The notes: generated by a model not told the origin, from the letters alone. A DNA stretch of 64,000 nt from Octopus vulgaris (GCA_951406725.2 OX597821.1:29698001-29762000), one strand, 5' to 3'. Shown: positions 29,057 to 42,523, counted from the first letter of the stretch. Program-made: numbers and translations.

Positions 29057-29197
29057 TGTCTACAGCTGTTTCGGAATTCGTACTCAGTTACATCATTAAC
29101 GCCGCTAAAGCGCTGTACATACATTTAAGCGTACATATATATAGTCGTGCACATATAGCTGTAAGTAACATTATGAGCAGGATTATTCTTCAGAACA
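29057..29197 (-). ncRNA. Hammerhead-like motif with long stem II insertion
   Basis: Minus strand reads tgtt-CTGAAGA-[~110 nt, partly self-complementary: gctca..tgagt, gttac..gtaac]-GAAA-cagctg-TA-gaca. Confidence 0.5.
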
Positions 29198-29332
29198 TTT
29201 TATCGGCATTGAAAATTTAATTCTCTGAAACTTCTCCTGTATACACAAAACTACACCCTTCTAGCGTTATCTCTTTATTTTCGTATGTGTGTATACGCTT
29301 ACACACATAACCTTTTTTTATCTATCTGTCTG

Positions 29333-29413
<81 letters not shown>

Positions 29414-29475
29414 TTATCTCTCTCTCTCACTCTCTCTCTCTATCTATCTATCTATCTATTTATCTCTCTCTCTCA

Positions 29476-29514
<39 letters not shown>

Positions 29515-30717
29515 CATTTGTCCGTCTGTCAGCTTGTCAGTCTCTATCCGCATATCTATTAATCTAACTCCTACCTCCCCACCAACTTTACCACCCACTC
29601 TCGCAAACCTCCCTCCCACCTTCTCTCCCTCCATATCTACCTACATACCTACCTACCTACCTCTGTTCCTCTCCCTGCCTTTTATATCTTTAATCAGTGT
29701 TTTCCATTTCTTCTTTATAGCAACGTGGATTATCTTACGGTCAAATAATACTCACATTGTATTTGCGCTTTATTTTAGTCTTATAAAAGACAGCAAAGCA
29801 AAGTAGAAAAAATTCCATTAAAAAAAAGACTAAATCATTCTCCCTCCTCTCAACAGCCGAAGGCCTAAGTAATGAAAGTATAAAAAAAAAGTCTTCATTC
29901 ATAAAATTCCGACACGCCTAACTGTAATCAACAGTAGATATAGCATAACATATCATGTACTTTAATCCCATACAGGCGCACACATGCAGACAGACACAGA
30001 AACACACACACACACACACAATACGTCATTCAAATATGGCGTAAAACACAGTACCTCACTCATACATACATGTGTGTGTGTGTGTGTGTGTGTCTGTGTG
30101 GGTGTGTGTGTGTTTGTGTGTGTGCTTGCGTGTGTATGGGTATCTATGCATGCATATTGAGCTTAAAACTCTCAGATATTTAACAGGGATGTGGGTTCGT
30201 GTCCCACGCACAGCCTCCGATCTTATCTATCCAAACTGTTTTTAATCCGTATTTACTCGCTATGATTTATATCTTTATTTGCTTCGAGATACATCGTTCC
30301 TAAAAGAATTATTTTGCGTTGAGATCAACCTCCGCAAAAAAATCCCAAATTTTGTTTAATTTGCTTTGCGGGAAGGAACTGTTTTAACGAAGTCGTGTCT
30401 TGCCCCTACCTTAGAAACACGGAGTAGATAAAATAGGGGACAACTGATGAAGGGAATGTTCCTTATGTTACCTGTCTCGTTTCTCTATTTGTTTCTTTCA
30501 TTGTTTCGAAAAAAGTTCGTTTTCCATACTTTTGTTTTTTATGTTCTCGTTTTTCCTTTTGTTCACGTTTTTTGACGTCATGTACCCATATATACACCCA
30601 GTTACATTTCAGTAGAACATTCATCATGTTAACACAGCCCAACATCCATCTACAAATATAAAGTGTGAAGTTTCCCATTTCCGAAAGTTGTTTCCAATTT
30701 CACATCATTGTGAAGGC

Positions 30718-31122
30718 GCGTGGTAAGTAGCTTGCTAACCAGCCACATGGTTCCGGGTTCAGTCCCACTGCGTGGCATCTTGGGCAGGTGTCTTCTGCTA
30801 TAGCCCCGGACCGACCAATGCCTTGTGAGTGGATTTGGTAGACGGAAACTGAAAGAAGCCTGTCGTATATATGTATATATATATATATATATGTGTGTAT
30901 GTGTGTGTGTTTGTCCCCCTAACATTGCTTGACAACCGATGCTGGTGTGTTTAAGTCCCCGTCACTTAGCGGTTCGTCAAAAAGAGACCGATAGAATAAG
31001 TACTGGGCTTACAAAGAATAAGTCCCGGGGTCGATTTGCTCGACTAAAGGCGGTGCTCCAGCATGACCGCAGTCAAATGACTGAAACAAGTAAAAGAGTA
31101 AAAGAGTAAAAGAGTAAAGAGT
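30718..31122 (+). mobile_element. SINE family A
   Basis: Near full-length copy with repeat tail. Confidence 0.9.
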
Positions 31123-32424
31123 ATATATTTCACACACAAATTTTATTAAATACACAACAAGCGTAAGTTTTACTAAGTGGTAGTGAGTTAGGTGGTAGTA
31201 ACAGTGGGAGCATAGAAAGGATAGGAATAAATGAGATTATGTGAAGTTTTTGTTTCACACACTCGCGCGCGGTGATATATGTGCATGTGTGTATGTGTGT
31301 GTGAATGTATGTAAAAGAACACTCTTATCGTAAACAAAACGGACGTTGCCATTACTACAAACAACAAAATGTCGCGAGGGTTTTTGCCCTTCGTGTAGTT
31401 GTAGCAGCAGATAAATTGTTCATTGCCATTGTGTTGTTAGCTACTGTTAGCCGTCTCTGTTGGTTAACTCCTACAGTGTCTGTCAATGCTCTCTCTGCTG
31501 CCTTCCAAATCTGTCTGACTAGTAGTCACGGTGTGTCGACTTTTATACTAGTCGATAGGCTCAGAAGGAAGCGCGGCAAAAGAAACGATAGTTGTTGAAG
31601 CCTATTCAACGCAAAGTCGTGATCAGTCAGATTTTGTTGTTCATGTGGGCAATATTCCAGCGCATCGTGACATTGTTGCATATTTCCGCTACATACACAC
31701 ACATTAAAATGTTGTGTGGTTTAATGATATAACACGAATATATTTATACTTAGAAAACAAAATGAAAATGCACTGAGAATTCTATCATGAATGAAAGGAA
31801 GTACTGTTTATCATTTTATCATGCTTTTTAGCACCCTTATCAAAATATGCTACCGGTTTCAAGTTCTTAAAAAGACGATTTAGTCATGCTGAAATAAAAG
31901 GGAAAATTAAGTGAAAGAAATTAAATTAAATTCATCTTTTATGATATCAGTTGTGGAAGTACTCATGATTATCTTACAAAAATCACCTGATGCTGAAATT
32001 TCATTTTCTTCTGATTGTTAGTGGGTAGTACTAGCAGCGGCAGCAATAAAAAGAGTGGCTACTAGCCGCAACTGTGGCAGCAATGCGAGCAGCGGCTGTT
32101 TAGTCTAACTGTTAGCAGTAGTAATAGTGGTAACCTCAGCAAGACTTGTAGTAGTGTTGGCGGTAGTTATCTCCCTTTCTTTCTCATATCTATTTAGACG
32201 AGGTCGGTGTTCAGCTGTAAAGATTGTTTCTTTGTTGATGCACTGTGTCACCGCTTGTCTCCAAATATCAATCTAGCGATCAAACAGAACTGATATCACA
32301 AAAGATTAACTTAATTTTCTTTATTTCGATTAAATTTCCATTTCATTCTTGCATGACGGAATTGCCTTTATAAGCGATTGAAATAGTGGCATATTTTGAA
32401 ATAAACATAAATACCTTCTTACTT

Positions 32425-32523
<99 letters not shown>

Positions 32524-32689
32524 ATTATTATTTGAGTGAATAAAATCCAAACTTACAAGGAAAAAAGCTAAATTTAGAAATACTAAATCAAATTTCACAC
32601 AATATAATATATATAAAAAAAATTAGAAAAAACCCCACCTTTTATCAATTCAAAATGAATAATTAAATTACACCATCAAGAAAATTACA

Positions 32690-34430
32690 TATAATAGACG
32701 ATGGAAAATGGAAGTTCTCTTTCATGCATTTCCTTAGTGAACCACATGGAGTCATGAATGCTTTTACCTTTTACCTTTTACCTGGCTCAGTGGTTAGAGC
32801 GTAGAGCTTATGATCGTGATGTTGTGAGTTCGATTCCCGGACCGGGCTGTCTTGAGCAAGACACTTTATTTCACGTTGCTCCAGTTAACTCAGCTGCAGA
32901 AATGGGTTGCGACATCACTGGTGCCGAGCTGTATCGGCCCCTATGCCTTTCCCTTGGATAATATCAGTGGTGTGGAGAGGGGAGGCTGGTATGCATAGGC
33001 GACTACTAGCCTTCCACAAACAACCTTGCCCTGACTTGTGCCTCGGAGGGTTACTTTCTAGGTGCAGTCCCATGGTCATTCATGACCGAAGGGAGTCTTC
33101 CCCTCCCCCCCTTCATTACCTTTTATTTGTTGCAAAGGAATCTTGTAAGGTCTTCCTTACTTTTGTTCCAGAATATGAAGCATTCATCTAGGGATATTTT
33201 CCTGGTTTTTCAATAAAATTGGAAACGTTTATCAAAAATAATTCCGCAAAGGGAATATATTTTCCATTAAGGAATCCCATTAATAGTGTTCCAAACACTG
33301 GTGCAACATTTGTGCTCCTTACTGTCCCTAGGATTTAAAAGTAATATTACCAGAGAACAAGTAGTTGTTTCCTAGCACCAATAGTAAACCTTCAAATATA
33401 AATCCTTTTACGAATCTCTCCTGAATTCTGTGTAACTAGTTGCTAAGCCAGAATCTCCCTGTTTCTTATTCTAATGCATGGGGAAGATTTGAGTAGAGGC
33501 TGGTCACGTCGAAACTAATGAGGAACATCTCAACGTTAAATCTTTCCGGAACATCATTTTGGAAGTTTATGCCATGTCTGATGAAATTAGGATACAATTT
33601 GCACAATGGTTTCAAAATTATGCCAAATAAATTGTTTAATCGTTGAGTGTTTCACGTTGGTTCCACAACAATTAGACATAAGTTTGAGTCAGACAGTTTG
33701 GAAATCTGTACATAAAATATATAGAGGTTATGGATTTCTTTAGATTCAGGAACTTTGGATGCTCCATAAAATTTGCTTGTTTTTACCTCAAAATTAGTTA
33801 AGAAATCCAGCTCTTCTCCCGTTAAATTGTTTCAGTGTTTGTCTGTCAACGTACCAATTTTCTATATTGCTTATCTGGAGTGAATTTTAGTATTTTGTAG
33901 AAATAGTGGCCATGTAATAGTTCTAAGACCATTTCCTCCTCTAATGGGTCATGCCCATTATAACAATGGTTCATTCCTTATCAGCTACTTTAATGACTAT
34001 GGAGATTAATCATTCCGTTGACATTCCAATGTGTTCGCACTTCATTCCTAATATTTCTTGGAATGTTTGGGTTTGCCAGTCTTTTCAGACACATTATGTA
34101 TTACTGAAAGTGCTTATTCCTCTTCACTAGAGATTTTATTCTAGTTTATTTATTTATCTATTTATTCATTTAAGTTTTAGTAGACGTGAAGGATCTTCGG
34201 TGTGCTTCTTTTGGAAGAACAACCAAAGTTACAAAGTTTTCCACAACATTTTTCCGTATCATTTATAAGATCTGTTGTGCCAGTTTTAGTAGCTGGTATG
34301 AATTTAAATCTTTTATTGCGAAAGTTGTATTAGATTTTAAGCGAGGTTTCGTTGTGATCAATTTATTACTAATAGATAAGTTTGTTCAGTATTTTTGGGA
34401 ACTTTTGTGTCAGTCAATAGTGTTTTCTTT
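32690..34430 (-). pseudogene. Decayed Penelope-like RT fragment, interrupted by a SINE
   Basis: Minus-strand translations include IVIKVADK (~33985), FYGASKVP-like (~33760), LISFDVTSLYSNLPH (~33480-33520) and ERELPF (~32710), with stops and frameshifts. Confidence 0.75.
32782..33100 (+). mobile_element. tRNA-derived SINE (fourth type) inserted in the decayed PLE
   Basis: Box A tggctcagtggttagagc, box B gagttcgattcc, body cttgagcaagacactttatttcacgttgctccag. Confidence 0.8.
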
Positions 34431-34431
34431 G

Positions 34432-34566
<135 letters not shown>

Positions 34567-34567
34567 T

Positions 34568-34752
34568 TTACATTACTCGGTAGTCAAGATAAAACTCTGA
34601 GTTTCAGATGCCGAAGTGGAAATCCACAACACCATCTCTTCGGTTATCTGGCTATTTCCAGATAATAGCCAGATAACCGAAGAGATGGTGTTGTGGATTT
34701 CCACTTCGGCATCTGAAACTCAGAGTTTTATCTTGACTACCGAGTAATGTAA
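34568..34752. repeat. Perfect inverted repeat (89-bp arms, 7-nt spacer); each arm carries a hammerhead-like motif
   Basis: Arms at 34568-34656 and 34664-34752. The plus-strand arm reads agataa-CCGAAGA-gatg...catc-t-GAAA-ctcagag-TT-ttatct. Confidence 0.9.
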
Positions 34753-35160
34753 CATATTGTATAGATAAATTTCCTCTATTTACATAATATTGAGGTCTCT
34801 TTCTTTCTTTTGTTATCTTACCGTTTTATCAATATATATATATATATATATATATATCCCCTTACCTTCCCCTCTCCCCCTCATCTCCTCTCTCTACACT
34901 ACACCATCCGATTTTACACATCACATCATATATACATACACACGTCCAGACCTCTCATACGCACTACATACCCTCTCATACACACACACACTCTTATGTT
35001 GGGGCGAGGTCATTTAACCCTATTATCTCCCCTAATTTCGCTCTTGCGTCTCACGTTTGATCTTTGACTTCTGACCGAAATCAGATCGCCATGTTGATTC
35101 GCTAACCTCTGCACGCATTTTTTTCTCTCCTTGTTTCTTTCTGTGTTTCTTTTCTGTGTA

Positions 35161-35198
35161 TCTTTCTGTTGAAGAGCGTAGGCTCGAAACGTAAAAGA
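35161..35198 (+). ncRNA. Hammerhead-like motif, CUGUUGA core
   Basis: tcttt-CTGTTGA-a-gagc gtag gctc-GAAA-cg-TA-aaaga, with perfect stems I and II. Confidence 0.65.
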
Positions 35199-35294
35199 CT
35201 TGTTTTATTTATATTCCTGAGCGCCATACTAATACAATTGTTTGTTTGTACTCCACCTGCCTTCGTCTTTTGTTTATTTTCATAAAGCTTCCCG

Positions 35295-35374
<80 letters not shown>

Positions 35375-35983
35375 TATATTTATATATAATTATATATTTA
35401 TATATATATATGTATTTAAGCATATATACGGATTACGACAGTGATTATGTTTTTGGGCGGGGTAAGAACATCAAGTGGAGTTACGCACCTTTATACTAAC
35501 TAAAAAAAAAAAAGTAAACATGGCCAATCGATAAAGAGAATTTAGTTAAATAAAAACGTTTTGCACTCAAATTAATATTCAGATTGGTTTGAACATCTAA
35601 ATCTTTTGAAGATAATGCTGTGTATGAAAACGATCGAAAACAGTTAAAAAAAAAAACACACACACACACACACACACGCACCCAGACATGCATATGCGCA
35701 CGCACACACACACATCGATTTAGTGGTACAAACGGGAGTAGCAGAACTCACCTTGTAAAAGCGGAGAATATAACATCTATCGTGTAAACTTAGGTTTAAA
35801 ACTACATAAATCAACTGTAAAGCTTTACGTCTAAATAATATATACTTGTGTGTGTTTGTGTGTGTGCATACATACATGCAAATGTATATGTATCTGTACA
35901 TATATATATATAGACATACATATATTCATATATATGTATGAAGGTGTATATATATATGTATGTATATATATATACATACATAC

Positions 35984-36038
<55 letters not shown>

Positions 36039-36066
36039 TACCTATATATATCTGTCTATATATATG

Positions 36067-36129
<63 letters not shown>

Positions 36130-36231
36130 GTACATATATATACATATATACCTATATATATCTCTATCTATATATATGTATGTCTATATATATACATATA
36201 TATATATGGATATATATATGTGTGTGTACAT

Positions 36232-36308
<77 letters not shown>

Positions 36309-36775
36309 TATGAATATATATATGTATGTCTGTATATATATATATATATACAATTGATCTTTACTTGAATAAATCTTGGGGTCTGCTATCTCTGCTAACG
36401 ACGTGTTTATTAAAATTAGCTTTCTACTTATTTATGAGAAGTGGGTGTACTTTCTTACTTTCCATCTTTGTTTACCGTTGATTTATTGGAATCCTGCACT
36501 ATTTTAATGTATTTCACTAATGTGTTTTGTTCAGGTAATTTTGTGGAAATCTGGGAAAAGAGAAACATATGTTTCTTCCCTGCAAAGGTAATTGTTATTT
36601 GGAAGCTGTTTATGTGTTTATGTTTTTGTGCTTTTAAGATTATAACACACACACACACACACATATACACGCACACATGCAACTATAAAAGCATACATAC
36701 GTGCACATACACAAACGTATTCATGTATGTATGCATGTATGTATGTATGTATATAAGCGTGTATATATATATACA

Positions 36776-36808
<33 letters not shown>

Positions 36809-36899
36809 TCAAGTGGGGTATTTCGTAGAGTAGATACCTGGCACCATCTATCTTTAAAGAACACGTATACATATACATACACAGTCACACACATGATCC

Positions 36900-36980
<81 letters not shown>

Positions 36981-37912
36981 ATATATGCATATATACATAC
37001 GTATATGTACATACCTACATCTATATGTATATATATATGTTTTATTATGTGAATATATACATAGTCTAAGAATACGAATTGATATATTATATAATATTCA
37101 TATACATACATACGCGTAGACACACGCATTTATTTATCACGCATACACATAAAATCTGCTATTCCCTAATACTAAGAGTTGGATATTTTAAGCATTACAA
37201 AGTACTTTCACTCTATTATGTGGTGAAATCTACTCTGACTCATGTGTAACAGTATTCTCGAGATATTTCTTCAGGTTGTTTATAATATCTCTTTTTCCCC
37301 ACCCTAAATTGGACAGGTAATTAGGGTTATTGTTTAGGAGTTAGTGATAGGGTGAAAGGCTATTGGTTAGAGGGTTAAGATGTAGGCTTGGTGGTATTAG
37401 AGTTCATCTGTGTTTACAGTTTCTATCGAAGCCTGGGTTTCTCTCTTCAACACAGTAATTATTTGAACAGTAACGTTATATGTTCGTTTGTGTATGTATA
37501 TGTGTATGTATGTATATATGTCTCCATGCATTTACATATGCATGCACATATGTCTACATATACATACATGTGTATGCATATATATATGTAAGTATATTCA
37601 TTCATACATGCATATATATATTTATATATAAACACACGTGTATGCACACATGAATTGATGAATGCTTACATACATAGGTGCAGTGTGGCCGAATGGTTAA
37701 GAAATTCTCTTTGCAACCACGAGATACTGGGTTCGATCTCATTCGGTGGCATTCATTCAAATGTTTGTCGAATGAATTTTACCTCGATTTAATGGTACAT
37801 CCCTGCTCTGCCCAGTATTCTGTTGACTCCGACTGCGAGTTACGTTGTTCGAACCCCTGACTGAATCCTCATCATTGAAAGCAACGGAAATGCAAGTGTG
37901 TGTGTGTGTGGG

Positions 37913-38344
37913 GGTATCTTTTCGGTTTCAACGGCAGTTTTTTTCTAGCGGTGTCATATGAAATTGTCACCCATAATTATGACCCTAGTATCGATCTATT
38001 GCATTTCAATCTATTTTAGTGTTAGGTTAGTTAGGGTTAGGGTTAGGGTTAGGGTGGGGGGAAGGGTATATTTGTTGTTTTTTTCTTCAATTTCTGCAAT
38101 TTCAACCAATCAAATACGTCTATTGAGGTAAAAAACTTTCTGTGTTGTATGCATATGTCCCTCGTTTAAGAAACAGATTGAGTTTATTTACATTTGTGAA
38201 GAAAAAATATACCCTTCCCCCCACCCCTAACCCTAACCCTAAAAGTGATTGAAATGCAATAGATCGATACTAGGGTCATAATTATGGGTGACAATTTCAT
38301 ATGACAGCGCTAGAAAAAAACTGCCGTTCAAACCGAAAGTATCC
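37913..38344. mobile_element. Rearranged copy of the Merlin-like MITE with two right ends
   Basis: The left ~155 bp is the reverse complement of the family's right end, including (TTAGGG)n. No TSD. Confidence 0.85.
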
Positions 38345-38476
38345 CTACTCATTTCTTTCCAGCTGAGTGGACTGAAGCAACGTGAAATAAGTGTTTTTCT
38401 CAAGGACACCACGCACCTCCGTGTAATCGAACTCTCGATAGTGAGCTGATTAACCTAACCACAAAGACACGCGTCA

Positions 38477-38577
<101 letters not shown>

Positions 38578-39333
38578 GAGGGGAAGCGACAGACTAACCA
38601 CGTCACTTTATGAGGACCTGCTTTACGAAACCCCGGGTTTACGAGTTTTATTTTTCTAGCACATGGTTGAAATTTTAAACGAACTGCCAATGTTTTTACT
38701 ACCATTTGATTTCCGCGTGTCACCGAGAAATTTATAGAGAAATTTACAGAGAACGAAATAAAGCTTCTAAGCAAATAACTCTAGACTGTTTTTTTTAAAA
38801 AGAAACCTACAAATCTGTCTACGAGTGCTTGTGAATCGGCGATCGCGTCTACAAGTGATGGTATGCACGAATTTAGTGCGAGTAAAAGTAATTCAGAAAG
38901 CGATTATAATAATAATATTTTTTATCATATATGATATTGACGTTACTTTTAGTTAATATGAAATATTCTTTACATTCTACTGTTGTTTTATTGCCATTTA
39001 TTTACCAGTATTATAAATTTGATTCGTAAAATATTTTTCTGGGAACGAATTACGATTTATAGCATTGCTACTATGGGAAATTATTGCTCTGCTTTACGAG
39101 TTTTTCGCTTGTATTTCGAGGCATTACTGCAGTCTGCAGGAAGAAATTAACTTGTATTTCGAGGCATTACTGCGCGGACAAACAGATACACGCGCGCGCG
39201 TGTGTCTGTATCTGTCTGTCCGCGCCTGTCAAATACTTTAGATATGTTCGAATTCTTTTTTTTTTTGTGTGTGTGTTTCACTGCAGATTATTGTAGAGAA
39301 AATAAAATGCTCGCTTTAGGTAAAAAGGCGAAT

Positions 39334-39473
39334 GAAACACCATTGTCAGGGTAAATTGCCGTCGGTTGATTGATAGATGCATGTTTAGCTTGATAGCTGT
39401 CTTTCAGTATTGAAGACAAGTTAGAAATGCATCTGTCAGTCCACAGAGGGCGCTTTACACTGACAATGGTTTC
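39334..39473 (+). ncRNA. Candidate structured RNA: long imperfect hairpin
   Basis: gaaacaccattgtcagggtaaattgcc pairs with gggcgctttacactgacaatggtttc, and gattgatagatgcatgtttagcttg pairs with caagttagaaatgcatctgtcagtc. Five G-U pairs and no A-C mismatches on the plus strand. Confidence 0.5.
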
Positions 39474-39837
39474 TCTTCTTACACCTTTTAACCAAAAGCG
39501 GGAACGTTTTTTCTTCACGATAAATTGCGGTGAAATAAATAGCCTTTGCAGTTTGAAATATATCGCAATCGTATGTGAACTTCCCTGAGGTTTGTTAATT
39601 TTCCATGCGCAACTATACACACGCATGCACACAGTACACGCACACACACACACAATTCCGTGCGCACACACGCATACTTCCATGCGCGCACATACACACA
39701 CATGCACGCACACACACACACACACATACATACGCACTGAATGACAGGGGCTGCGGGCGGTACTTGAGGACAATTAAATGTCGGTGTATTGCTCACCTCA
39801 AACCAGTTAAAAAGCCTTTATTTTATTCAGATCTCTG

Positions 39838-40045
39838 ATGGCAGATAAAATGCTAGCAGAAGAACTTAAAAAATATGCAGTCAGTACCATCTGTGCTGTG
39901 TACAACGGTTTAGAAGTTGCCAACTTTGTAAATATTGCAGGAACTTTTTTCTACACAAAGATCGGATGGAGTTCAAAATCTTTGAGGAGAATGTTTCAGC
40001 TGTATCAAAAAGAAGAAAACAAAAAATACAAAAGCGTTCTTATCT
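39838..40045 (+). pseudogene. Possible N-terminal HTH fragment of a Tc1/mariner transposase
   Basis: MADKMLAEELKKYAVSTICAVYNGLEVANFVNIAGTFF resembles transposase paired-like N-termini and is cut off by a SINE. Confidence 0.4.
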
Positions 40046-40046
40046 A

Positions 40047-41102
<1,056 letters not shown>

Positions 41103-41200
41103 GGAGGTGCAATGGCCTAGTGGTTAGGGCAGCGGACTCGCGGTCGCAGGATCGCGGTTTCGATTCTCAGACCGGGCGTTGTGAGTGTTTATTGAACGAA
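41103..41200 (+). mobile_element. SINE family C head only
   Basis: ggaggtgcaatggcctagtggttagggcagcggactcgcgg... Confidence 0.8.
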
Positions 41201-41310
41201 TCGGACTGATTTCTGGATTGATCCACAATTTTTTTCCTTTGCTCTTATTTATAATTGTTTATAATTTTCACCTTGAAAGGTATTTTAACATGCTAGCCAC
41301 TATCCTGAAG

Positions 41311-41700
41311 GGCGCAGGTGTGGCTGTGTGCTAAGTAGCTATCTTACCAACCACATGTTTCCGGGGTCAGTCCCACTGCGTAGCACCTCGGGCAGTTGTC
41401 TTCTGTAATAGCCTGGGCTGACCAAAGCCTTGTGAGTGGATTTGGTAGACGGCAACTGATAAAAGGCCGCCGTATATATAAATTTGTGTGTGTGTGTATG
41501 TTTTGTGTGTCAGTGTTTGTCGATGGTGGTGAGTTTACATCACCGTAACCTAGCGGTTCAGCAAAAGAGGCCGATAGAATAAGTACTAGGCTTACGAAGA
41601 GTAAGTCCTGGCGTCGATTTGCTCGCCTAAAGGCGGTGCTCCAGTATGGCCGCGGTCAAATGACTGAAACAAATAAAAGAATAAAAGTAAGAAAAAGTAT
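41311..41700 (+). mobile_element. SINE family A
   Basis: Full-length, moderately diverged copy. Confidence 0.88.
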
Positions 41701-41778
41701 TATATTAGAAGTATATATATATATATATATGAAAAAACAAGTAAAAAATAGAAAATGCTAAAATAATTTTATAGTGAA

Positions 41779-41826
41779 CATTTCAGTACCGGTTTCGGTC
41801 ATTTTGAGACCTTTTCAACTGTAACG
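41779..41826 (-). ncRNA. Minimal type I hammerhead ribozyme, U3-A8 core variant
   Basis: Minus strand reads cgttacag-TTGAAAA-ggtc tcaaaat gacc-GAAA-ccgg-TA-ctgaaatg. This gives stem I, a 4-bp stem II, palindromic stem III and a GUA cleavage triplet. Confidence 0.8.
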
Positions 41827-42523
41827 ATTAAATAATTAAATTTAGAAAAATTAGAAGAAAAGTTTTTTTAAAAGAATATTTCTATAGTAGTGTTCAGATT
41901 TAAGTGGCATTCTGCCTTTCTCTGACTCCCTTGTTTGCACTTGTGTGTTCGAGGTAGTTGTGAGTTCTTGGTAGGGTAGTAGAGGGAAGGCTGGTGAGGA
42001 AAGGGGGTGGGAGAATCTGGGAGTGCCCTGATGGTCGTATTTTGAATGGTCAGTGGCGGCTGGCAGTCTCAGTTCAATTCAGGATTGTTTATAGAATTAG
42101 CGTAGGTGTTATACTAAAAAACATTAGTGACAAACTTAAGGGGTAGGGGGTGGAGAAGAAGAAGAAGAAGAAGAAGAAGAAGAAGGAGAAGGAGAAGATG
42201 ATGGTGATGGTGGTGATGATTATGACGACGATGATGATGATAACGATGATGATGAAGAAGAAGAAGAAGAAGAAGAAGAAGAAGAAGAAGAAGAAGAAGA
42301 AGGAGAAGGAGAAGATGGTGGTGATGATGGTGGTGATGATGATGACGCCGATGATGATGATAACGATGATGATGAAGAAGAAGAAGAAGAAAAAAACAGA
42401 GAAGGGAGAATATGAATGGGTGTAAATATAGCTATGAAGGGGCTGATTAGTAATGGATTCTATGGAGTGTAGTATTTGTGTGTGTATATATATTTTTTTC
42501 TTTTATTCTAAAGTTGAGGTATA

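Noticed and set aside
38020-38056. (TTAGGG)n as a telomere or chromosome-fusion scar
   Set aside because: The repeats are an internal part of the MITE family seen in three copies.
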